A DNA stretch of 64,000 nucleotides from Nitrospinales bacterium (GTDB lineage: Bacteria; Nitrospinota; Nitrospinia; Nitrospinales; JAJDAT01), in assembly GCA_038154245.1 (NCBI GenBank), contig JAYOZP010000001.1, forward strand, positions 3,022-67,021, written 5' to 3'. The notes below the pieces were generated by a model. The model searched no databases. It saw only the letters and a program-made list of their open reading frames with translations, and was not told where the DNA came from. Position numbers and translations under genes: made by a program. Positions 26,326 through 36,082 of the stretch are shown piece by piece (the first letter of the stretch is position 1; the number at the start of each line of letters is the position of its first letter).

Positions 26326-29190
26326 TCAGTAACCTGTAGAAGGTTTAAGCCCTTTTAATTTACCAACAGCGTCTGATAATAATCTGGTCTCGGATTTCAG
26401 TTCTTTGGAGGCTGTTTCTAGCGCTAAATGATTTACATACTCAAAAACTGGAGCGTACAAATAGGCAAATATTTTTGAACTTAAATCGTTATCGATTAAA
26501 AACCTCCGGAACGCCACGGTTTTTTTTACGAAAGATTTTCCCGACTCGTCTACTTTTCTTAAAACACAATCTCTTTGGAGAGTTTCGAAAAATACTCGGT
26601 AAAACTTTAACGATCGATTGTATTGAGCTTGAAACGAAAGATTATGCGAATGAAAAACAGCCGCTTTAGGTTGGTACGCTATTTTGTACCCTTGACATTG
26701 CATGTTTCCAGCCCATACTCGATCTTCAGCCCAATCAATGGTTTCATCAAAGGGCGAGCGAATAAGATCAGATTTTCTCATAGCGGAATTAGCGTTGGAA
26801 AAGAAATTATCTTCAGCTCTTTCTAAGTAATGTTCGCCAAACGTATCGGCTAATATCTTTCGTTCAAATAAGCTGGCCCAACCTTCCATTGGCCTCTCAG
26901 AGCCATGAACGCCAGCTATCTTCGGATCGTTTAACGGTTCGATCAACGCCTTCAACCATCTTTCATTTTCGGGAACGGCATGAGCGCTGAGATTTACTAC
27001 GATTTCTCCTCGCGCAAGTTGAGCCCCCAAATTAAGCGCTTTGGCGTAATGAAACGATTCGGGCGATATACGAACAATTGTGATAGGAAACCGTTTTGCT
27101 ATTTCAATGGTTTGGTCTTTAGAGCCTGAATCAATTAAAACAACTTCCCAACTTGTCTCTTCTTGTTTTGAAATTACCGTCAACGTTTGTTCTAAAAATT
27201 TCTCTTCGTTTAAAGTTCGAATAATTATGGAAATTTTTGGAGAAATTTCTTTTTTAGAAGTCTGGATAATTTCATAATTTAACGGTGTTATAGAATGGAT
27301 TTTATCCGCTTGTGTTTTTTCTTTAAGCCAAGATTGAAACAAAGGCGAAGCTAGATTAAACAAAGAAAACATAGAGGAGTAAGCTCGCTCTTCCAATCCG
27401 AGAGCCCCTGATTCAACTTGTCTCAGCTTCCAATAGTAATCCCACGCGGATTGGTGATTTGGATTGAGGTGAACGCAATTCTTAAAATGTTGCAGAGCTC
27501 CTTCGCTGTTTCCTTCCTCTAATGAAATCGTACCCAAATGGAAATGGGCCCCAGCTGCATACACTAACGCGTCTTCATAGTCGTAAGCTATTTGCACAAT
27601 TTTTTGGAATTGCTCGCGAGCTTTTATGAAATCGCCTCGGCGCTTATACACCGACCCCATAACGTGGTAACAAGTCAACGCTTGGGGAAATTCATCTAAT
27701 ATTGATTCGGCTCCTTGGACAACTTGGTCATACTCTTCCATTTGAAAGAGAGGAGTTAGTTGATCTAATTTACCATCGGAAATTTCCCTATCCTTTTTCA
27801 ACATACGGGTTTTTTCTTGCGCTAAGGACTTGGGCCGCGTTGTCGTTTCAAAAGGTTGAGCCTCTTCAAAAGCTTGACGCATAGTATCTGCGGTTTCTAA
27901 AATTTGCTCGCGCGAATAATTAGGGTAACTCACCACGGTATCGCTAATGCCGTTAAATCTGTCTAGATCGTCGGTAACTAGCCATCCATTTTTGACCGCT
28001 TTCTTGTAAAAATCTGTTGCAGGATGCGGAACCGCAATAGAAGCTTGCCAGCTGGAAAGTAATCCTTTGGAAATTACTCTTTTTCCAAATTCAATGGTTT
28101 TACGATCTCCTTCAGGAGTCGAGCCAGAAGCTCCAAATAGAAAAGTGCCATACATTTCTATTCCCAACTTTTTGGCGACTTTCAAAATTTTCTCTAGTTC
28201 GTCGGATCGAGTTTTAACTAGTCCGATGCTCTGTCCAGTATCTTCGTCAACGCTTTCAATTCCGACTCGCAATTTGTAGTAACCAGCTTTTTTGATCGCC
28301 TCTAATATTTCTTCATCTAAGCGCTGATGGTTAGCCATTGCCTCGTAACGGAGATCGTTATTTCCGGACGAAATTAGCGCGTCGGAAAACTCCAGAATAT
28401 CTTTTTTGCGAATGATGTGAGTTTCTTCGTTAAAAAAACATCCTTCCATTTCTGGGTATTTGCGTCGAAGCGTTTCAATTTCGTTAACAATCCGAGAGGT
28501 TTTGCGAAACCTCCAATTGATATTTTCGTAATAAACCGTGCCAGCTACGCAAAAGTCGCAGGTGTATGGGCATCCTCTTGACGGATGAACCTCTATTTCT
28601 CGATACTTCGTCCAACGATGACCGCCAGAGTAGCTATAATCGATTCTTCTTATATCTTCATCTTCTGGATCTGGAAGCCAATCTAAATCCAATACTTTTC
28701 TATAAGACTTAGGGTATAAGCCTTCGATTGATTTGGGATCTTTCCCTTTTAAAATATCTAAAACCGTTTCTTCGAATTCGCCGACACAGGCATACTGAAA
28801 CCCGTCTTCTACAACCTTTTCAGGCCAGGCAGTTGGATATTGCCCCGTCATAATGACTTCTGCCCCTAGATTATTGCGCGCGTGACGAGCAACCTTTAGA
28901 GTTTCAGCATAAGAAACAGTGTCTACTTCAAAAATAACCCAATCTGGTTTTTCAAGATCTAGGTATTGCTTGTAATCTTCTGCCGTAAAACGCATCCATG
29001 CGCCATCTATCATCTTTATATGATCGTTTGGCAATTCGCGTTTTAGAAGGGTTGATAGGTATGCTAATTCGTATGGATAATAAATGAAAACCGGATAACC
29101 GGTAAACATACTGGTCCATCGGCTAGGAAATGGGCAAATATACCTATTTTCTGGCAACCTACCGGGAGGATTACAAACAAGTATCTTCAT
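26326..29190 (-). CDS. Tri-domain fusion: B12-binding-type radical SAM, then TPR, then GT2 glycosyltransferase
   Basis: N-terminal part: 'PSRGCPYTCDFC' with the downstream 'RVGIESVDE' and 'MYGTFLFG' blocks shared with the other class-B-like paralogues. Middle: TPR units ('ALTCYHVMGSVYKRRGDFIKAREQFQK', 'GALQHFKNCVHLNPNH'). C-terminal part: 'ISIIIRTLNEEKFL...VVLIDSGSKDQT' and 'NSAMRK...EDRVWA' (GT2). Confidence 0.75.
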   Translation of the reverse strand: MKILVCNPPGRLPENRYICPFPSRWTSMFTGYPVFIYYPYELAYLSTLLKRELPNDHIKMIDGAWMRFTAEDYKQYLDLEKPDWVIFEVDTVSYAETLKVARHARNNLGAEVIMTGQYPTAWPEKVVEDGFQYACVGEFEETVLDILKGKDPKSIEGLYPKSYRKVLDLDWLPDPEDEDIRRIDYSYSGGHRWTKYREIEVHPSRGCPYTCDFCVAGTVYYENINWRFRKTSRIVNEIETLRRKYPEMEGCFFNEETHIIRKKDILEFSDALISSGNNDLRYEAMANHQRLDEEILEAIKKAGYYKLRVGIESVDEDTGQSIGLVKTRSDELEKILKVAKKLGIEMYGTFLFGASGSTPEGDRKTIEFGKRVISKGLLSSWQASIAVPHPATDFYKKAVKNGWLVTDDLDRFNGISDTVVSYPNYSREQILETADTMRQAFEEAQPFETTTRPKSLAQEKTRMLKKDREISDGKLDQLTPLFQMEEYDQVVQGAESILDEFPQALTCYHVMGSVYKRRGDFIKAREQFQKIVQIAYDYEDALVYAAGAHFHLGTISLEEGNSEGALQHFKNCVHLNPNHQSAWDYYWKLRQVESGALGLEERAYSSMFSLFNLASPLFQSWLKEKTQADKIHSITPLNYEIIQTSKKEISPKISIIIRTLNEEKFLEQTLTVISKQEETSWEVVLIDSGSKDQTIEIAKRFPITIVRISPESFHYAKALNLGAQLARGEIVVNLSAHAVPENERWLKALIEPLNDPKIAGVHGSERPMEGWASLFERKILADTFGEHYLERAEDNFFSNANSAMRKSDLIRSPFDETIDWAEDRVWAGNMQCQGYKIAYQPKAAVFHSHNLSFQAQYNRSLKFYRVFFETLQRDCVLRKVDESGKSFVKKTVAFRRFLIDNDLSSKIFAYLYAPVFEYVNHLALETASKELKSETRLLSDAVGKLKGLKPSTGY

Positions 29191-29405
29191 TAATTTTACA
29201 AATCGCTTTATATCGGGTTTCTAAGGAATTTAAAAGCGAGATCCTTTGACTGCACTCGGAATGATGTGCGGCAGGAACTCAGTAGATCCAGTTTATAAAT
29301 TAAATATAGAAGGCGAATCCACCCAATCAAACCAAACCTATTATACTCTTTTCGGAAATTAACGTTGGAACCTTAAAAAATCATTCGTAAAAGCTGCAAA
29401 AACTA

Positions 29406-31559
29406 CTATTTTTTAAGGCCTTTCAGCATTTTCTTAGCGCCGCCATGATCAGGAATCAAGGTCAAACATGCTTTCAAAACTGGTTTCCGGTCTTTTTTTG
29501 GCGTTAAACGGGCCAACCGAAACAAAGCGGCAGCTCGCAACTTTTCATCGCGAAAAGTTTCAGAAAATTTCCTAAATAACTTCTTCGCTTCTTTCTTTTT
29601 TCCTAAATTTTCATAATTTGAAGCCAAAGCATAGCAAAGACCTTCGTTTTCTGGATCTCTGGATTGATAACCTTCTAATGTTTGGTAGATGGGTATCTGT
29701 TCTTTATCTAATTCTCCCATGGCTAGAGCAATTCGAGTACGAACCCATTCGTCTTTCCAGTTCTCCGCTTTATTCCAAGCTTTTTGATACAACTTTTTAG
29801 CGGAACTTTGTTTTCCCGTTTTCGCCAATGAATCAGCCAAGGGCAACCAGCATTCGTATCGCTCGGGCAAAGCCTTTTGGACCATTTTGAATACTCTGAC
29901 TGCCAAAGTGTGACTACCTCTTTGTTGAAGGAGTAAGCCCATACAAAATTGGGCTTCGGGAGTTTCTCCAGTTAACCTAATTTCTTCATTTATTAAAGCT
30001 TCGGCAGAATCTAAATCTCCATCGTTTATTAAATCTTTGGCGTTTAATAAATTTTGAAATTTTGGAGCACAACAAATCTCCGACATCTCATCCTTGTTTA
30101 AATCCGGAACGATGCCAAATAATGAAAAACGAAATATTGGATTATCCAATCCCTGACCAAATAACTTCATATGTTCTAATAAAGTTTCTTTGGCTCGATC
30201 CTTATCCCCAATCTTTAAATACCTCTTAGCAATGGTTGGGCGCAAATAAGGGTTTGCAGAAGCAGAACGAGAGAGTTCATCCAAAGTAATAGATTCTTGC
30301 GATAGATATGCATCCCAATCAAAATCTTCCGTTTTTTGAAATAATGAACTTCCAGATTTTGTATTCTGGAAAAAATTAATCAAGGGTCGACTAACTTTTT
30401 CCCAAGACAAACTTTTACTAGCTAAACTCATTCTCTTTTTTATTTGTCGAATTTTTTCCGGATTTTTTGCCCAATCTACCATGACCTTGGCCAACGCCCT
30501 GTCGTCGCCAAACGGAAGGGTTTCTCCCAATTCATTGTCCTTAATCCAATCGCCTAAAACGTTTCCGGGATTTGTTAAAACAGGTAAATTTGCCCAAACA
30601 TAATCAAGCAATCGGATTCTTTGAGAAAACCGATTTTCGATATGATCGGAGAACGTAACAATTCCGGCGTCGCATTCCGTTAAATAAAATTGACGATTTT
30701 CATATGGAATCCATTCTTTATAGAAAAAAACCGATTTATCTAATAACTTCCATTTTTTTGCTAATTTTTCCGAACGGATATAGGTTTGTGTCGGTTTTGT
30801 CTGCATGGGATTTGCAAAACCCGTAAAAACTAATTTAATTTCAGGATGGGTTTGGGAAATCTGGTTCAACGCCCTTAGCGGAGTCTCCACGTCGTACCAA
30901 TTTGCTAAAGTTCCTCCCCATAGAATAATAAAATCGTTCTCTTTTACTCCTGGCAATACTCCGCGAAAAAATCGCTTTCCTTTTTTCGGCTTGCCGCTAG
31001 GCATTCCAAATGGAACAACATCTACAATAGATTTAAACTCTGGATCTTTTGAATAAACCTCTGGATCAAGTTTGCCCATCAAAGTTAACGCGCCAAGATA
31101 ATAATCGCGGCTTCGTTCACTCGGACACACAAAAAAATCTCCCATCGCTAATTGGCGAGAAAGGTTCAAAACAGAGCTAGAAAAATGAACGTTCTTTTCC
31201 CAACGTTTCATTTCATCCAAAGGCTCTTTCTCCAAACCTTCAAAATACTCATGAACCAATAAATCCACGGCAATAGGGGTTTTATATTTCTTTGCGTAAT
31301 TTGCAATGGCTGTATGGTGAGCGTATATCGCATCGGCCCAGCGCACATGAGTTTCTAGAGTGTTTTGATATTCGTAGGAAATTTTTTGAATGGGGAATGT
31401 TTCTTTATGGTTGGTTATCTCGTATGGAGTCAGTAAACGAACTTCAAAGAAACGACTCAAAACACGGGCTATCTCTAATTGGCGTATTCCCAAACCGCCA
31501 ATTCTTCCCGTAACAGGTTCCGAAGCAAAAATAGCGATTCTACTTTTACGCTTCGGCAA
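29406..31559 (-). CDS. GT1/GT4-type (GT-B) glycosyltransferase fused to a C-terminal TPR-like module
   Basis: N-terminal 'IAIFASEPVTGRIGGLGIRQLEIARVL' and a later 'ILWGGTLANWYD...DAGIV' Rossmann pair. The C-terminal ~210 aa are colinear with the C-terminus of the upstream protein. Confidence 0.6.
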   Translation of the reverse strand: MPKRKSRIAIFASEPVTGRIGGLGIRQLEIARVLSRFFEVRLLTPYEITNHKETFPIQKISYEYQNTLETHVRWADAIYAHHTAIANYAKKYKTPIAVDLLVHEYFEGLEKEPLDEMKRWEKNVHFSSSVLNLSRQLAMGDFFVCPSERSRDYYLGALTLMGKLDPEVYSKDPEFKSIVDVVPFGMPSGKPKKGKRFFRGVLPGVKENDFIILWGGTLANWYDVETPLRALNQISQTHPEIKLVFTGFANPMQTKPTQTYIRSEKLAKKWKLLDKSVFFYKEWIPYENRQFYLTECDAGIVTFSDHIENRFSQRIRLLDYVWANLPVLTNPGNVLGDWIKDNELGETLPFGDDRALAKVMVDWAKNPEKIRQIKKRMSLASKSLSWEKVSRPLINFFQNTKSGSSLFQKTEDFDWDAYLSQESITLDELSRSASANPYLRPTIAKRYLKIGDKDRAKETLLEHMKLFGQGLDNPIFRFSLFGIVPDLNKDEMSEICCAPKFQNLLNAKDLINDGDLDSAEALINEEIRLTGETPEAQFCMGLLLQQRGSHTLAVRVFKMVQKALPERYECWLPLADSLAKTGKQSSAKKLYQKAWNKAENWKDEWVRTRIALAMGELDKEQIPIYQTLEGYQSRDPENEGLCYALASNYENLGKKKEAKKLFRKFSETFRDEKLRAAALFRLARLTPKKDRKPVLKACLTLIPDHGGAKKMLKGLKK

Positions 31560-33936
31560 AACGCTCCTCCAAGTTCTTTAGTTCTCTTATAGCGCCTGAA
31601 TGCAAAGGATTTAACTCAAGACATTTTTTGAGCATATCCTCTTTTTCTTCCGATTCAGTTAATCGCGCTAATCTAAACCATACAGCGGCTAAAAGATGGG
31701 ATCGTCGAAAAGTTTGAACAAAATTTTCAAATAAACTACGAGCCTGATTACTATTTCCCTCGCTCTCTAAAGCAGAAGCGTAAGCATAGGCCAATTGCTC
31801 GTTACCGGGATCTTTCTGAAAAAAATATTGTAATGAATCGGAACGAATCCGAATATTTTCATCTAATCGAGCCAAAGCCAAAGCGCATTGTGTGCGAATC
31901 CAATCCGCATCTTCGGTTTCATTTGCGCGATCCCAAAGCTCTAAATAAACATTTTTTGAATTATTAACATTCCCACACTTTTCTTTTACTTGCGCAAACT
32001 TTAACCAAACATCCATTCGAAATGGTTTCTTTCCAAGAAATTTTTGAAAAAGACTTGCCGCATATTGATTATTGCCTTTAACGCTTGCTAGCAATCCTTC
32101 GTGGAAATCTATTTCCGCATTTTGACCAAAAAGAGTTTTCTCCTCTTTTATTAATCGTTCCGCATCGTTTATCTTATTTTGTTTCAGGCTCATCGAGGCT
32201 AAAACCAAGCGTAAATGATTTGTTTCTGGACGCAGATCAATCAAATTTTCTAGAGTATTCATAGCCTTATCTATTTTTCCAGATTGGTCGTACAATTCGG
32301 CTAAATATTTAACAATTTCTGCATCATAAGGATTGGCTCTTAAGGCTCTCCTGCATTCTTTTATTCCTTTGGAAAAGCGTCCCATATAAGCGTCGCTCTT
32401 ATCTACTATTGGAATTAACGGAGCGTTTTCTGTCAATTCTGCCATTAGCTTTAGTTTTACGTCCGCAGAAAAAGATAACGGATTAATAACCTGACGTTCA
32501 TGACTTATCAAACGGTAAACAGGATAACGACCGTAAGCAATTTTTATCAATTGATACTTTAATCCAGTTATTACTTGCAACCGCTCCATATCAAAATTCG
32601 GATATGTTTTAATAAAATAGATTGGTTTATGCCGTAATAATCCCCCAATTACCGTATCAAAGTAATCCGCCAATATCGGTTCATCCCAGGGACCAATGCA
32701 ATAATGAACAAATTGGTCCGACGCTGGCAGATTGGTTTCATGATAAAGCTGAACAAAGTTTCCCCAAACAAATAACCGTTTATTCTCTTCTTTATTAATT
32801 CGAATCAATCGTCGTAGCGATTTACCTAAAATCGGTAAATAAATATACTGCTCAAATTTTTCACTCCGAGACAAAATACTCACATCATTTGCCTTAAATA
32901 AATAAGGCATCATTCGGTTTCCAGCCCATATTGAAGAAAGGATCAAGGTAACCGTTGAAATTATTCCAATCGTTTCGCCAATTTCCCAAAATCGATCAAC
33001 TCCCAAGCCAGTCGATATTGCTAAAAAAGCGGTTAAGGGGATGTAATGATAGCGAGAAAAACCCTTTTGACACACAATCATGAATAACGCGGTTGCCACT
33101 ACGACAATCATTAATACTCCATGAGGCTGATCAAAATTAAACGCTAGACTGGGCCAACCTAGCAACCACAAAGGTAATGTTTGTTTAGCAATTGTCGCAA
33201 TATCGTTAACGATACTCCCATAAATTCTTTTTAATTGGGCGCATCTTAAAGTCGCGGCAAGACGAAGTTTAAATTGCTTTTGTCCTTCTTCATCTAAATA
33301 TCCTAATCGCCATTCGATGAAATGGGATAATGCTAATGGGACAAAAGCAAATGTAGCGAAAGAAATTGCAGATTCCAATCCTTCCCAATAAATTGCTAGC
33401 CCCGTTAAAAAAACGGAGAATACTGGCACAGAACATTTGGCTACAGCGGCTATCCCAAATAGAAGTCCAGAAATCCAATACCATTCCGGTCCAAGCCCAA
33501 AACAATGCGTTCCCCAAATTACAAAAGGCAAAAATACTTGTTCGAAGTTAAAAGATTCTGTCGAAAACGCAGGCGCCATTCCTAAAATTGCGAATAGAGT
33601 TCCAGAAATCAAGGCTGAGTAGATATTCTCAGAAAAAATATAAACAGAGGCAAAGATACCAACTGATGAGAAGACATGACAAATCGTCAAAAAAATACGG
33701 ATTCTATAAATTCCTCTTTCTGGTTTAGAACCGTAAATAGCGTCTAATACTCGCATTCTCCAAATAGGATAAAAGGAATACATATCTTGTTTCCATTTCA
33801 ATCCTTTTGCGGCAAATCTTGCGCGATAGGTATAAGTCGCCATATCCTCGTCTATCGGGAAATCCAAAAAAGGAATTCGAGATAAAAAGGCGGTTATAAT
33901 TACTATCGCGGCGTATGCAAAAACTTCGATTGTCAT
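31546..33936 (-). CDS. Polytopic GT-C-like membrane protein fused to a C-terminal TPR-like module
   Basis: First-loop acidic motif 'FPIDEDMATYTY', about 10 TM helices, then TPR units ('ALRANPYDAEIVKYLAELY'). It overlaps the downstream gene by 14 nt. Confidence 0.55.
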   Translation of the reverse strand: MTIEVFAYAAIVIITAFLSRIPFLDFPIDEDMATYTYRARFAAKGLKWKQDMYSFYPIWRMRVLDAIYGSKPERGIYRIRIFLTICHVFSSVGIFASVYIFSENIYSALISGTLFAILGMAPAFSTESFNFEQVFLPFVIWGTHCFGLGPEWYWISGLLFGIAAVAKCSVPVFSVFLTGLAIYWEGLESAISFATFAFVPLALSHFIEWRLGYLDEEGQKQFKLRLAATLRCAQLKRIYGSIVNDIATIAKQTLPLWLLGWPSLAFNFDQPHGVLMIVVVATALFMIVCQKGFSRYHYIPLTAFLAISTGLGVDRFWEIGETIGIISTVTLILSSIWAGNRMMPYLFKANDVSILSRSEKFEQYIYLPILGKSLRRLIRINKEENKRLFVWGNFVQLYHETNLPASDQFVHYCIGPWDEPILADYFDTVIGGLLRHKPIYFIKTYPNFDMERLQVITGLKYQLIKIAYGRYPVYRLISHERQVINPLSFSADVKLKLMAELTENAPLIPIVDKSDAYMGRFSKGIKECRRALRANPYDAEIVKYLAELYDQSGKIDKAMNTLENLIDLRPETNHLRLVLASMSLKQNKINDAERLIKEEKTLFGQNAEIDFHEGLLASVKGNNQYAASLFQKFLGKKPFRMDVWLKFAQVKEKCGNVNNSKNVYLELWDRANETEDADWIRTQCALALARLDENIRIRSDSLQYFFQKDPGNEQLAYAYASALESEGNSNQARSLFENFVQTFRRSHLLAAVWFRLARLTESEEKEDMLKKCLELNPLHSGAIRELKNLEERFAEA

Positions 33937-34225
33937 ATTTGAAAATTCAACGAGTGTCTAGTTATTGAAATATTTATCAACCTATTATTTTCCATTCCAT
34001 AAATATTAAGAAACGGTTTTTGGAAAACTTATAAGTCCTTTTATTTTTTATTGGGTCGCTTAAAACTAACCCTATTGGTTATAATCGGCTTAATGGAGGT
34101 TTTCCTTTAGCTAAACGCTCAAGGTCCCGTTAGGGTAAAATCGAGTTTACCTCGAAGCTTTTCATTTTTCTAGAACTCTTAAGACCTTACCAAGCTTGAT
34201 TTTTATTCCAAACTATCCATAAATT

Positions 34226-36082
34226 ATGAAACCAACCTTCCAAAAACGTTGGATCGCTTTATTTTATTTGGCGCTTACTTTTACCTTATATCTTCCAACG
34301 CTTCCGGGAGAGTTTTATTTCGACGATGGTTTCTTTCTAGAAAACGAATTTATAACCGATCTCTCTAAATTACCTAAGCTATTTGAGGGAGGACAAACCA
34401 TTAGCCCTATGCGGGGGATTTCAACTTCTAGCTTTGCCCTAACATATTCTATTTTTGGTTGGTCTCCCTTAGCGTTTAGGTTGTTTAATATATTCATCCA
34501 TTTTGTGAATAGTTATTTAATCTGGTCTGTGGTCTTAGAACTACTATCCCGCACAAAGCAGGAATCCGAAAATTCGCCGCAAAACTCGACGACCAATTTC
34601 TGGATAGCTTTTTTTTCAGGATCCATATTTATATCTCATCCTGTTTTAACTTCTGGAGTGGCTTACATTTTTCAACGCAATGGAGAGTTAGCGACTTTAT
34701 TTTATCTATTAACATTCAAATTTTTCCTTAAAGGATTTCCACAAGATAAGAATCCTAATCCTATTTGGCTCTGTATAAGCGCCTTAACATATATTCTTTC
34801 TACATGGAGTAAAGAAATTGGCGTCACTTTTATCGCTGTCGCAATATGGTTTGAAATCACTTTACAACCTACTGAAGATCGCCTTCGCCGAATAAAACAT
34901 TTTCTTCCGTTAGTTTTTGCCTGTGCCTTTTCCCTGTTTATGGCATGGTTGACAATGGTCGACACTCCAATTTTAAAACGAACGATGTATGGAGATTGGG
35001 GCGTTTGGGCCAATGTAATAACACAGTGGAATGTTCTAGTAGAATACTTAAAAATCATTATTTGGCCCAGCTTGGCAGCGTTAAACATTGATCATGATTA
35101 CCCCATCAGTCTAACTCTGATGGATCATAAAGCATGGCTGTCTGGTTTGATTTTATTTTGTATTGCCGCTTTCGCCTTAACTGTGCGCAAGAATCAACCC
35201 CTATTAGCATTTTCTATAGGTTGGTTTTTCATCGCTCTTATCCCCGAATCAACAATCATTCCAATCAGCGAAGTAATGGTGGAATACAGACTCTATCTCC
35301 CCTCTTTTGGATGGATTTTAACGTTGGTTTTACTTTTAAATTTTTTCGTAAAAAAAATACCCCATAAAAATTCATTTCAAGTATCTGGATTTTTAATACT
35401 GATTATCTTTAGCTGTATAACTTGGCAAAGAAATCAAATCATGGGAACCGAATTACTTATTTGGAAAGACGCCGCTGAAAAAGGCCCTCTGAACATAAGA
35501 GCGCATACAGCTTATGCAACCTTTTTACAAAAGCAGGGAGAAAAAGAAAAAGCGCTTGCCGTTTTTAAAATAGCGGCAGACTTAAACGATATGAAACTCC
35601 CATTCAAACAACCATACCCAATACCACATAACGAGTGGGGTGTTTTTCTTCTTGGGCAAGGTAAACATGAAGCTGCAAAAGATCAGTTTATTTCGGCTCT
35701 AACTATCAACCCAAGGTACTTGCCCGCTTTAGAAAATTTGACCCGTATCATGGAAAAAACTCCTCTAGAAAATTACGAACGCGACCATCTAGCTGTTTTT
35801 CAAAAAATACCTTTATTCCCAAAAGGTCATTACAACCTTGGGAATTATTACCTGAATAACAAAGAATACGGAAAAGCTAAAGTGGAGTTTTTAACGGCCA
35901 TCGAACAAGATCAAAACTTTGCCGACGCGCATAATAATTTAGGAACAGTTTGGGGACTCATAGGGGACTACGAAAGAGCGGAGAAATCATTTCTAAAAAC
36001 TTTAGAAATAAGTCCTAAAAACTCAGGAGCAAAAGATAATTTAATGAAGTTAAAAAAGATGCAGAACCTTAAAACACCCTAA
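34226..36082 (+). CDS. TMTC-like protein: GT-C membrane domain (DUF1736-type) plus C-terminal TPR
   Basis: 'LPGEFYFDDGFFLENEFI' matches the 'F.(Y/F)DD....N..' first-loop motif of TMTC/PMT_2-like proteins. It has multiple TM helices and TPRs at the C-terminus ('NFADAHNNLGTVWGLIGDYERAEKSFLKTLEISP'). Confidence 0.6.
   Translation: MKPTFQKRWIALFYLALTFTLYLPTLPGEFYFDDGFFLENEFITDLSKLPKLFEGGQTISPMRGISTSSFALTYSIFGWSPLAFRLFNIFIHFVNSYLIWSVVLELLSRTKQESENSPQNSTTNFWIAFFSGSIFISHPVLTSGVAYIFQRNGELATLFYLLTFKFFLKGFPQDKNPNPIWLCISALTYILSTWSKEIGVTFIAVAIWFEITLQPTEDRLRRIKHFLPLVFACAFSLFMAWLTMVDTPILKRTMYGDWGVWANVITQWNVLVEYLKIIIWPSLAALNIDHDYPISLTLMDHKAWLSGLILFCIAAFALTVRKNQPLLAFSIGWFFIALIPESTIIPISEVMVEYRLYLPSFGWILTLVLLLNFFVKKIPHKNSFQVSGFLILIIFSCITWQRNQIMGTELLIWKDAAEKGPLNIRAHTAYATFLQKQGEKEKALAVFKIAADLNDMKLPFKQPYPIPHNEWGVFLLGQGKHEAAKDQFISALTINPRYLPALENLTRIMEKTPLENYERDHLAVFQKIPLFPKGHYNLGNYYLNNKEYGKAKVEFLTAIEQDQNFADAHNNLGTVWGLIGDYERAEKSFLKTLEISPKNSGAKDNLMKLKKMQNLKTP

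Noticed and set aside
34702-35088. Numerous 60-128-aa antisense or out-of-frame ORFs inside long genes (for example 34702..35088, 20934..21224, 55265..55627, 59634..59894, 5295..5567, 45577..45807)
   Set aside because: They are fully embedded in much longer ORFs that carry clear family motifs. Their products are low-complexity and lack recognisable motifs, so I treat them as shadow ORFs.
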